NCBI GenBank assembly: GCA_036011785.1 | Contig: DASCOB010000217.1 | Location: 1 to 52,483 of the forward strand | Reading direction: 5' to 3' | From: Anaerolineales bacterium | GTDB lineage: Bacteria > Chloroflexota > Anaerolineae > Anaerolineales > UBA11657 | DNA: 52,483 nucleotides | In this document: piece after piece, positions 36,746-45,163 of the stretch | Layout of the letters: each line of letters starts with the position of its first letter | Numbering within the stretch: position 1 is the stretch's first letter | Made by a program: the position numbers and the translations under genes | Notes under the pieces: generated by a model | Told to the model about the DNA's origin: nothing | The model's database searches: none | Seen by the model: the letters and a program-made list of their open reading frames with translations, nothing else

Positions 36746-38401
36746 TCACCCGGAGGCTGGCGGGCGCGCTACGGCCTTAGTCTGCGCGGCGGCATGCTCC
36801 GCAGCTGCTGCCACAAAAGCGGCGAAAAGCGGATGTGGCCGATTGGGGCGCGAGAGAAATTCAGGGTGGAACTGGCTGCCCACCATGAAGGGGTGGTCCT
36901 CAATTTCGGCGATTTCAACTAGCCGGTCATCGGGTGAGAGACCGGAAAACACCATCCCGTTTTCTGCGAGAACCTCGCGATAGTCGTTGTTGAACTCAAA
37001 GCGATGGCGGTGCCGTTCCGAGACCGGGATGCCGTTCGCAATGCCGTAAGCCGCCGACGCCCGCGTGCCGGGCACGAGCGTGCACGGATAAACTCCCAGT
37101 CGCATGGTACCGCCCATCTCGCTGATGTCGCGCTGGTCGGACATCAAGTCAATGACAGGATGCTCGGTCTCATTGTTGAATTCGGTCGAGTTGACGTCCT
37201 CCGATCCCAGCACGGTGCGCGCGAACTCGATGCACATCACCTGCATACCCAGACATAACCCAAGGTAAGGCACGCGTTGCCTGCGCGCCCAGTGGGCCGC
37301 CAGCACTTTACCCTCAATGCCACGCTCGCCGAACCCGCCCGGAACTACGATGCCATTGCACTCCTGCAGCTTTTCGGCGCAACCGTTCTTTTCTAGTTCG
37401 GTGGAGTGCACCCAGACGATTTGGACTTCGCGGCCGTGCGCTAACCCAGCGTGCTGCAGCGCCTCTTTCACACTGATATAAGCGTCCTCGAGCTCGATGT
37501 ATTTTCCCACTAAGGCGATGCGTACCAGCTTCCCCGACTGACGCACTGCATCAATCATGGTCTGCCAGTCTGACCAATCTACATCGTGACAGCTATCCTG
37601 CAGTTGCAGTCGCTCAACGAGAAATTGGCCGAGAGCGCGTCCCTCTAGCAGCAGTGGCACCTCGTAAGTCACCTTTGTTGTGGTCACCGGGATGACGGCC
37701 TCTTCCGGCACGTCGCAGAAAAGGGCGATTTTCTCGCACAACTCCTGCTGAATGAGGTAGTCGGCGCGAGCCACGATCACGTCTGGCGAGATACCGATGG
37801 AGCGTAATTCGCGCACCGAGTGCTGCGTCGGTTTGGTTTTCAGTTCACCGGTGGCGCCGATGTGCGGTAGCCAGGTAACATGCACATAGACGGTGTTCGC
37901 GCGTCCGAGGTCGTTACGCATCTGCCGCAGCGCTTCCAAAAAGGGCAGGCTCTCGATATCCCCGATGGTGCCGCCCACTTCCACAATGATTACCTCAGCG
38001 CCTGTTGCGCCGGGAACCAACTGGATGTGGCGTTTGATTTCGTTGGTGATGTGCGGGATGACTTGAATGGTGCCGCCGAGGTAATCGCCACGGCGCTCGG
38101 CCGCGATTATGTCAGAATAAAGTTGGCCGGTGGTTACGTTACAGACCTGCTGCAGGTTGATGTCGATGAAGCGCTCATAGTGGCCAAGATCTAAATCGGT
38201 CTCCGCGCCATCATTGGTGACGAAAACCTCGCCATGCTGGTAAGGAGACATAGTGCCCGGGTCGACGTTCAGGTACGGATCCAACTTTTGCACCGAAATG
38301 GCCAACCCTCTTTCCTTGAGCATGCGACCCATGGCTGCTGCCACTATGCCCTTTCCCACTGAACTGACCACTCCGCCCGTGACGAAGATGTATTTGGTCA
38401 T
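36746..38401 (-). CDS. pyrG: CTP synthase
   Basis: MTKYIFVTGGVVSSVGKG, YLNVDPGTMSPYQHGEVFV, the GATase Cys in LGLCLGMQ, and RHRHRFEFN. Confidence 0.97.
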   Translation of the reverse strand: MTKYIFVTGGVVSSVGKGIVAAAMGRMLKERGLAISVQKLDPYLNVDPGTMSPYQHGEVFVTNDGAETDLDLGHYERFIDINLQQVCNVTTGQLYSDIIAAERRGDYLGGTIQVIPHITNEIKRHIQLVPGATGAEVIIVEVGGTIGDIESLPFLEALRQMRNDLGRANTVYVHVTWLPHIGATGELKTKPTQHSVRELRSIGISPDVIVARADYLIQQELCEKIALFCDVPEEAVIPVTTTKVTYEVPLLLEGRALGQFLVERLQLQDSCHDVDWSDWQTMIDAVRQSGKLVRIALVGKYIELEDAYISVKEALQHAGLAHGREVQIVWVHSTELEKNGCAEKLQECNGIVVPGGFGERGIEGKVLAAHWARRQRVPYLGLCLGMQVMCIEFARTVLGSEDVNSTEFNNETEHPVIDLMSDQRDISEMGGTMRLGVYPCTLVPGTRASAAYGIANGIPVSERHRHRFEFNNDYREVLAENGMVFSGLSPDDRLVEIAEIEDHPFMVGSQFHPEFLSRPNRPHPLFAAFVAAAAEHAAAQTKAVARPPASG

Positions 38402-38601
38402 TTAACGCTCCGCTGAGCCGGTTAACAGCAGTGGGGAGGACGGTTTATCTGGGCCCTGACCACTGATTCATTCTCTGAAAAGCCGCGCTCACGCGAGATG
38501 CATGGCCTCATCGCATTATAGTGACACTGGCGGAATATACCATAATGTACGCCGCCGGGGCAGTAAGCATTGCGTTTATGCAACATTGTGCGCCCGAAGT
38601 C

Positions 38602-38937
38602 TCAATTGGAATCGTCCAACAGTGCGTCAATCTTGCTGGTGTACATCGCGGCTGTGTTAGCACCGACCACGCGGTCAACCTCTTTTCCGTCCTTTACAAA
38701 AAGCATGGTGGGTATTCCTTGCACACCATATTTCATTGCCCACTGCGAATTCTCGTCGGTGTTTACCTTGGCGATGGTGATTTTGCCTGCGTATTCTGCC
38801 GCGAGGTCGTCCAGAATGGGGGCGACCATTCTGCACGGCCCGCACCAGGGCGCCCAGAAATCCACGACCACCGGAGTGGTAGATTGCAGCACTTCCTGTT
38901 CGAATGCCGCGTCATTTACTTCAATTGGTGCTGTCAT
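38602..38937 (-). CDS. trxA: Thioredoxin
   Basis: 111 aa with [13 protein letters not shown] and [11 protein letters not shown]. Confidence 0.95.
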   Translation of the reverse strand: MTAPIEVNDAAFEQEVLQSTTPVVVDFWAPWCGPCRMVAPILDDLAAEYAGKITIAKVNTDENSQWAMKYGVQGIPTMLFVKDGKEVDRVVGANTAAMYTSKIDALLDDSN

Positions 38938-39036
38938 TTCCTATGATATCTCCTTTTGCGATGCGACTCTGGGGGCAACAGTGTTGGTTACCAGATGTGC
39001 CTGTGGACAGGCCGACGGCCTGCATCAGCAGTTGGC

Positions 39037-39240
39037 TCAGGTGAAGCCGGAGCGCGGCGTTCGGGTTGCGCGATGCGCAGAGATGGAAGACTGGCTGCCC
39101 AATGCAAATGTGGACAACATCTTTTCTGCGTGCGCTTTTCCACAGGTGGGACAGGGCAGCTTGGCATCGGCCTTGGAAAACGGCAAGCGACGCTCAAACT
39201 GTGCGCCGCATTCGAAACAACGATACTCGTACACCGGCAT
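39037..39240 (-). CDS. FmdB-family zinc-ribbon protein (CxxC_CxxC_SSSS)
   Basis: MPVYEYRCFECGAQFE...LPCPTCG. Only the last 67 codons of the 174-aa track ORF look coding. Confidence 0.7.
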   Translation of the reverse strand: MPVYEYRCFECGAQFERRLPFSKADAKLPCPTCGKAHAEKMLSTFALGSQSSISAHRATRTPRSGFT

Positions 39241-39347
39241 CAGCGTCAAACTCCAACCATCATTTTGCGGGAAGTATACGCTATGTGTGCCCAGTTGTCG
39301 ATGATGGGTGTCAATTTCTAAGGGATTCATAACAATTACGCCCGGGT

Positions 39348-39641
39348 TCAGCGAGCGATGGCAAGCAGCACGAGTAGCAGGGTGATGAGCGCGAAAGGCG
39401 CGAGTAGCCCGACGAGCGCGTTCAGCGTATGGTTTTCGCGCCGGGTAATGAGACGTCCGACCGCGTGCAGGCTGCCCAGCGAACCAAACAGGCCGCCAAG
39501 GGCGACGCCCCACAGGATTGCCCCGCCCCAGCCGCCAACGGCTTGACGGATGTGCGGCCAAAAATTGGCGGTCATCAGTGCACCCACCAGCCCGACAATG
39601 ATGCCCATGAACTGGTTCAGGCGCAGCCCGGCGCGGTTCAT
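39348..39641 (-). CDS. Small integral membrane protein (3 predicted TM helices), unknown function
   Basis: The start MNRAGLRLNQFMGIIVGLVGALM lies 3 nt downstream of the upstream SCP2 gene stop. Gly-rich hydrophobic helices follow. No family was recognised. Confidence 0.5.
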   Translation of the reverse strand: MNRAGLRLNQFMGIIVGLVGALMTANFWPHIRQAVGGWGGAILWGVALGGLFGSLGSLHAVGRLITRRENHTLNALVGLLAPFALITLLLVLLAIAR

Positions 39642-39643
39642 GG

Positions 39644-39985
39644 TTATCCGCCGGAGAGGTCGAACATGGTCTGCATCTTCATCGCCATGCCCATGTCGCC
39701 ACTTACGCGGATTTTCCCTTGCATGAAAAGCGCCATCGAATTGGCCTCGCCATTGGCGATGTCCAACCAGTCGCTGGCCTGCATAGACATGGTCACATCT
39801 GCGTCTGCGCGCGCGCCGGCGGTGACAGAGAAGGCGCCGTTCTTCACCTGCAAAGTCCACAGGCCACCATCGTCGCCGCTCAAGTCCATTTGAATCACGG
39901 CGTCCATGTCGCCAGCATGGTCTGGCAGGAACCGTTCCGGCATCAGGTCGAACACCTGCTCTATGTTTCCTGCTCGTTCAGTCAT
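39644..39985 (-). CDS. SCP2 sterol-carrier-like domain protein
   Basis: 113 aa. VIQMDLSGDDGGLWTLQVKNGAFSV......ADVTMSMQASDWLDIANGEANSMALFMQGKIRVSGDMGMAMKMQ is the typical SCP2 pattern. Confidence 0.8.
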   Translation of the reverse strand: MTERAGNIEQVFDLMPERFLPDHAGDMDAVIQMDLSGDDGGLWTLQVKNGAFSVTAGARADADVTMSMQASDWLDIANGEANSMALFMQGKIRVSGDMGMAMKMQTMFDLSGG

Positions 39986-40098
39986 TTTCTCACTCCTCTG
40001 AAAAGTGTGTTCCCAGTATAAGATTGCCGCTCGCGGCTGTCAATGCGCGTGTGAGCGCCGGGCAGGGGCCGTGATATACTCGCGCTTGCGCGGCGGTT

Positions 40099-41535
40099 AT
40101 GAGGCAGCGACCCAACACCACATTGTTTGAATGGACGGCCATCTCGCTGGTGCTGGCCACTGTGCTGGCGCTTGTGCTGCAGCTAGTTGCTTTTCAAAGA
40201 GTGCGGGCCACGTTTCCACCCGGCATGATGATTGCCAATGTGCCTGTGGGCGGTCTGTCTCTTGAGCAATCCGAGGCCACGCTTTCACAGATTTACGCTA
40301 CCCCTGTGGAACTGCACTTTCAGGATGAGGTCTTTTTCTTGGAGCCGGCCGAAATAAGCTTTCGGCTCGCACTCGAAGGCATGTTGGCCCGCGCGGATAC
40401 CTACCGCACAGATACAAGTTTCTGGTCCGGATACTGGAACTATCTCTGGCGGCGATCGGGGTACCCGGTTGTGGTGCCGGTAGTGGCAGAGTATTCCACC
40501 GCGCAGCTGCGTGAATTCCTAGAGGATGTCGCCGCGCGCTATGATCTGCCGCCCACTCCTGCCCGCATCGAGCCGGGCTCATTGCGCTTGCGCTCCGGCT
40601 CGCCCGGATACAGCTTAGACGTAGAGTCATCTCTGGCGGTCATCGATCTGGCGCTGCGTGTGCCTACAAACCGACGGGTGGTGCTAACGATCCGAGACGG
40701 CGCAAGCGTTTCTCCTACAACCGGGACGCTCGGCGATTTGGTCAACCGTTATATTGAGCATCTGGATTTTGAGGGCATTGTCAGTCTGGCAGTTGTCGAT
40801 CTGCAGACTGGGGAGGAGCTTAATCTCAACCCGGATGTTGCCTACGCCGGACTGAGCATAATGAAAATACCCATTGTGCTTGACATGTACAGAGTGCTGG
40901 ATTTCGAGCCGTTCGCGGAGACAACTAGGGTGATTGAGGGCACGATTGTGCAATCATCTAATCTGCACGCCAACATTCTGCTGGCGGAGCTGGGCGGCGG
41001 GGACCCGAGCAGCGGCGCCTCGGTGCTGACCGCAGACTTGCAGCGCCTAGGCCTGCTTGATTCGTTCATGGCCGGCTATTTCGATCAAGAAGTGGAACCG
41101 CCAGTAGTGCGCACCCCGGCCAACCAGCGCACGGATATCAACACCAAACCCGACCCGTTCATGCAGACTACGCCGGCGGATATGGCCGCGCTGCTCACAA
41201 TGCTTTACCAGTGCGCGCAGCATGGCGGCGGCGGGTTGGCGGTGGCGTTCGCCGGCGAGGTCACCCGGGCGGAATGCGACGCGGTCATCGAGCTGTTAAG
41301 CCGCAACAAAACGGCCACACTGATTGAGGCTGGCGTACCGGAGGGCACTACGGTGGCGCACAAGCATGGCTTCGGGTCCGGCGACACAATTGCCGATGCA
41401 GGCATTGTGTTCTCGCCCGGTGGCGATTACGTCGTTGTTATTTATCTGTGGCACCCAGTTTATCTGGAATGGGAGCAGAGCGCGCCGATGGTCGCGAACA
41501 TCTCGCGCATGGTGTACATTTATTTCAACCCCTGA
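40099..41535 (+). CDS. Membrane-anchored class A beta-lactamase-like serine hydrolase with an N-terminal VanW/YoaR-type (PG_binding_4-like) region
   Basis: N-terminal TM helix. IANVPVGGLSLEQSEATLSQIY..PVELHF resembles the PG_binding_4 repeat. The C-terminal half has SIMK (SxxK), SSN (SxN) and HKHG (KxG-like) in the right order. Confidence 0.65.
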   Translation: MRQRPNTTLFEWTAISLVLATVLALVLQLVAFQRVRATFPPGMMIANVPVGGLSLEQSEATLSQIYATPVELHFQDEVFFLEPAEISFRLALEGMLARADTYRTDTSFWSGYWNYLWRRSGYPVVVPVVAEYSTAQLREFLEDVAARYDLPPTPARIEPGSLRLRSGSPGYSLDVESSLAVIDLALRVPTNRRVVLTIRDGASVSPTTGTLGDLVNRYIEHLDFEGIVSLAVVDLQTGEELNLNPDVAYAGLSIMKIPIVLDMYRVLDFEPFAETTRVIEGTIVQSSNLHANILLAELGGGDPSSGASVLTADLQRLGLLDSFMAGYFDQEVEPPVVRTPANQRTDINTKPDPFMQTTPADMAALLTMLYQCAQHGGGGLAVAFAGEVTRAECDAVIELLSRNKTATLIEAGVPEGTTVAHKHGFGSGDTIADAGIVFSPGGDYVVVIYLWHPVYLEWEQSAPMVANISRMVYIYFNP

Positions 41536-42941
41536 GCTAGACGTGTGGCTGCCAGGGTCAACCCGACCAGCAGCCAGAAGAACGTCTGCGCCGCCTGAAA
41601 TTCCAGATTGACGAAGTAGTGATCCAGTAGGCCGATAACGAGCGCGGCGATTAGCGCCGCGTGGACCCCCAGCCACCCTGCCGCCAGAGCTGATTCTGAC
41701 AGCGCCGCGCGGCGGTGATGCAGCCCCCATCCCAGTACAACGGAGATTGCCAGCACAAAGACCCCTAACCCTACCAGACCCATCTGCTCGGCCAGAAGTA
41801 GGTATGCGCTCGATACTCCGAGGTAGATGTCCACGTCGGGCGTGCCGCCGAAGCCGACCCCGAAGAGTGGATAGCGGCTGATGAGTGTGCGCGCATCCCT
41901 GTATTCACCGAAGCGCATGCGCGTAGCCAAATCCTGCCCTTGCAGACCGGCGGAAAAATGGCTGCTGTATTGCTGCGCAATTGGAAGGAACATGAAGAGT
42001 ACGATGGCCAGCGCGACCAGCCAGAGCAATTTGCGGCGGCGCAGCGCCGTGACAAACAGTATGGCTGCCAGCAGTGCGGCCATGGCCGTGCGAGAGAAAG
42101 TGAGAATCAGCGTCGCGACAATGAGGGTAAACATCGCCCATGAGGGCCAGCGCCGGCCGAAGAGCGGACGAGCTATCGCCAGCTGTGGGGCGGCTAGGGC
42201 ACCCACAATCGCCAGCAGCCCACCGAAGGCGTTCGGGTCCACTGAAGTGCCGATCGCACGCAGCGCGTTGGCGGGGTTGTCTTCGATGTAGCGCAGCACA
42301 GCGCCGGTCGGGTAATTGACGATGCGCAGTGCGTTTAAACCACGTTCGGCCAGATCTGCTGGAATGAAATACAGCGTCAACCCCAGCAGCGCCGCGGCGG
42401 ACCCGGCGAGAAGCATCACCCGCAGCAAACGAGCGAGTTTTTCGCTGTCGGCGACGTGGTCTGCTACCAAGAACGCAAGGGCGACATTGAGCATGAAACC
42501 GGCGAACTTGCGCAACAAATTGGGAGTGAGCACGGCGTTGCCGCTGCCGGCTATAAAAGAAAACAGCGCCAGCAACATGAACGCCATAATCGGGGTGTGC
42601 GCTGGGGAGGCAGCCAGCCTGCGGCGCTGGCCGGTCATCCACTGCGTGAGATACACCAGAAAAACCCCGGCGAGGGCTATATCGAGTAATGTGGGCGTGA
42701 GCACGAACTTAAAAGGCATGGTGCCAAAGGGCAGCAGTGCGACGATGACAATCACGCCCCACAGTCCGAATTCCACGTCGCTCACGGCCCAAACCGCGAG
42801 AGCGAGGCCGAGCAGCACGGAGGCCGCAATCAATGGCCCGAGAAATCCCAGCAATGCGCCGACGATTGTGGAAACCACGGCGAGAGCAATGCCGACAACC
42901 AGCGCGGGCTGTCGCGGGCGGACGAGTGCAAGCCGCATCAT
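41520..42941 (-). CDS. O-antigen ligase / Wzy_C family polytopic membrane protein
   Basis: 473 aa with about 12 TM segments and the TFSRTAMAALLAAILF motif region typical of Wzy_C. The start overlaps the yfhO-like stop (ATGA). Confidence 0.7.
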   Translation of the reverse strand: MMRLALVRPRQPALVVGIALAVVSTIVGALLGFLGPLIAASVLLGLALAVWAVSDVEFGLWGVIVIVALLPFGTMPFKFVLTPTLLDIALAGVFLVYLTQWMTGQRRRLAASPAHTPIMAFMLLALFSFIAGSGNAVLTPNLLRKFAGFMLNVALAFLVADHVADSEKLARLLRVMLLAGSAAALLGLTLYFIPADLAERGLNALRIVNYPTGAVLRYIEDNPANALRAIGTSVDPNAFGGLLAIVGALAAPQLAIARPLFGRRWPSWAMFTLIVATLILTFSRTAMAALLAAILFVTALRRRKLLWLVALAIVLFMFLPIAQQYSSHFSAGLQGQDLATRMRFGEYRDARTLISRYPLFGVGFGGTPDVDIYLGVSSAYLLLAEQMGLVGLGVFVLAISVVLGWGLHHRRAALSESALAAGWLGVHAALIAALVIGLLDHYFVNLEFQAAQTFFWLLVGLTLAATRLAQGLK

Positions 42942-45163
42942 TCCGGGGGCTTATGGTTCCAAAAACACAATATGAGAGTCAACAAGAGACCGATGGCGCT
43001 GGCGGCGAGGCCCCAACGCAGCGCGGACGGCTGATACTCAAGCAGCACGCGCTGCGGTCCGGGCTGCAGCAGACGCACGCCTTGAAGATACCCACTCACC
43101 AGTTCGGTCGGCGTGCGGCCGACTCCGGTGGTGGCCATCCAGCCGGGATACCAGGCCTCGCTTACCACCAGCAGCGCGGGTTGTGCGTTTTGTACTAGCA
43201 GCTCGATGCGACCGGGCTGTTCAGCGAGCAATTGCACGCTGCCGCCGCTCGAATCCATGTTCTGCGCGGGCGGCAGCAGCAGCGCGGTCTGACGGGCGTC
43301 GATACCTTCGGCGCCCATCAGTTCCCACAGTGCCTGCTGTGACAACGCCGGCTGCGCCTGCTCTGCCAGCCAGGCACGCTGAGCTTCCCCGGACAAGCGG
43401 TACACCTTGGCCTCTCCGGAGGGCGCTGGGCCGTGATAGAGCGTCTCGGCCTGCAGCGGGAAACCCTCGCGCGTGACCAATTCCATTTTCCACGAGACTA
43501 GATAGTCGATGCCGAGCAACTCAAAGCGCGCGCGTTCGGGCGCGTGGCTGTCGAAATCCATCCAGGTTTGCAGGCGGATGGGCGAAATGCCGCCCCATTC
43601 CTGCAGGCCATAAGCGCAAGCCCAGTGGCCCTGCATGCGCGCGTCGTCCTGCACGCGGAACCAGCGCCCGCTGGCAGTATCAGATTGAATGGCTTCGAGC
43701 AACGCGAGATCGGGATAGGGCTCAAACGGAGGCGCTGCGTTGGTGGGCATATTGGCTGAAAACAGTTCCAGAGCTACCACTGTTACCAGCACGGTCGGGA
43801 ACCAGCGCCGGAAAGGGCGCGTGGCCAATGCAAGGATGGCGAGCAATAGGCCCAAAACCAGTAACCCAAACCGGGGCGGCAAGTGTCCCCATAGGCCAGA
43901 GTCGTGTTGCGCCAGTAGCATTGCCAGAATCAATAGTGCCAGCGCAAGCGGCGTCAGGTTGTGTAGCCAGCGCCGCATGCGGCGCAGCGTGCTGAGCTGC
44001 TCCCGCCGCATCGGGCCAGTGAGGGCGCCCACCGCGAGCGATACCAATGTTGCTGCAGCCATGGCTATCAGCACAGCGGCGTGCTCCTGTCCGCGAAAGA
44101 GGCGAAAGACCGGCAGCAGCCAGTACGCCAAGTGGTAAAGCGCCATGTTGCTGCCAAATGACACCAGCAGCGCGACCACGCCGGCTGCCAGCCAAAAGCG
44201 AGTGGTTGCGTCGCGGCGCAACGGCAGCGCGACGAACACTAGCGTCAAACCGAGTACACCCACATAAAGAGGCTGCCACAAGTCGGCGCTGCCTATTTTT
44301 GTCACCACGAATTGGACGATATCCTGCGGTGTGAAGCCGTGCGCAAGCTGATCGAACGGTAGCCTGGTGCGCGTGGAAAGCGAAAGGAACTGTGTCTGGG
44401 GTAGTAATTGCACTCCGACCACCAATGTCAGCAGCCCGAAGATTACGACCAACCATCGCAAGACCCAACCCCAGCTGCGTCCGAAGGTTCGAGCCCGGAA
44501 GAGAAAATACGCCACGCTGAGATACGTGATCAATAGAAACGTCTGTGGGTGCCCAGCCAGAAAGGCCAGCGCGTAAACGCCAACAGCCGCCGAGGCCGCG
44601 CGGCCGCTACCGGTGAGGGTGAAGCGGCGCAAGGTCAGCAGCAATAGCGGCATCCAAGTGGTGGTTTCAAGGTTGCCGGTTTGCAGCGGCGGGTATCCGG
44701 TGAGATATCCACCGTATGCGAGAACCACCGCGCCCACCAGCGCGCCGTCACGGCTTCCGGATTCATCCTTCAAGAACAAATATGCAAAAACACTGATGGC
44801 AAGATAATGAGCGATGGCTTCGGTCGTCAGCGCGATGAGCGGGAAATCGCTGAAGCCCAGCAAGCGCAGCGCGCTGAAATTTATCCAGACCGGTGGGTAA
44901 AAAAGCTGCGCCTGCGGGTCGGCGTGGAAGGGGTATCCTCCAAAAAAGCAATTGGCCCAGAGCGGGAAATGCCCGGAGACGAACTGTTGAAAAGCGACAG
45001 CTCGAAAGATGAAGAATTGCTGCGTGAAGTCGCCATCCGGAAAAACCACGGTGTTGGGGGCCGGCGCGAAGAAGCGCCAGAAAAAGAGCAGCCACAGGCC
45101 GAACAGAATGAGCAGGTGCGTGGCGACCGGTTGGGAGCGAAACCGGCGGTAGAGAGAAGTCAT
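42938..45163 (-). CDS. yfhO: YfhO-family GT-C membrane glycosyltransferase
   Basis: The N-terminus DGDFTQQFFIFRAVAFQQFVSGHFPLWANCFFGGYPFHADPQAQLFYPP and the C-terminus AWYPGWMATTGV...LLEYQP followed by a final TM are the YfhO hallmarks. Confidence 0.75.
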   Translation of the reverse strand: MTSLYRRFRSQPVATHLLILFGLWLLFFWRFFAPAPNTVVFPDGDFTQQFFIFRAVAFQQFVSGHFPLWANCFFGGYPFHADPQAQLFYPPVWINFSALRLLGFSDFPLIALTTEAIAHYLAISVFAYLFLKDESGSRDGALVGAVVLAYGGYLTGYPPLQTGNLETTTWMPLLLLTLRRFTLTGSGRAASAAVGVYALAFLAGHPQTFLLITYLSVAYFLFRARTFGRSWGWVLRWLVVIFGLLTLVVGVQLLPQTQFLSLSTRTRLPFDQLAHGFTPQDIVQFVVTKIGSADLWQPLYVGVLGLTLVFVALPLRRDATTRFWLAAGVVALLVSFGSNMALYHLAYWLLPVFRLFRGQEHAAVLIAMAAATLVSLAVGALTGPMRREQLSTLRRMRRWLHNLTPLALALLILAMLLAQHDSGLWGHLPPRFGLLVLGLLLAILALATRPFRRWFPTVLVTVVALELFSANMPTNAAPPFEPYPDLALLEAIQSDTASGRWFRVQDDARMQGHWACAYGLQEWGGISPIRLQTWMDFDSHAPERARFELLGIDYLVSWKMELVTREGFPLQAETLYHGPAPSGEAKVYRLSGEAQRAWLAEQAQPALSQQALWELMGAEGIDARQTALLLPPAQNMDSSGGSVQLLAEQPGRIELLVQNAQPALLVVSEAWYPGWMATTGVGRTPTELVSGYLQGVRLLQPGPQRVLLEYQPSALRWGLAASAIGLLLTLILCFWNHKPPE

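Noticed and set aside
38515-38543. Minus-strand TATAAT (complement of 38515-38520) as a pyrG promoter
   Set aside because: The -35 position reads ATGGTA and there is no extended -10 element. This is too weak to report as a feature.
39037-39860. Long Arg-rich N-terminal extensions of the track ORFs 39037-39561 and 39348-39860
   Set aside because: The extensions are highly basic low-complexity sequence. The second runs straight through the well-supported SCP2 gene in another frame. Only the C-terminal parts show real features (the FmdB CxxC pairs and the TM helices).
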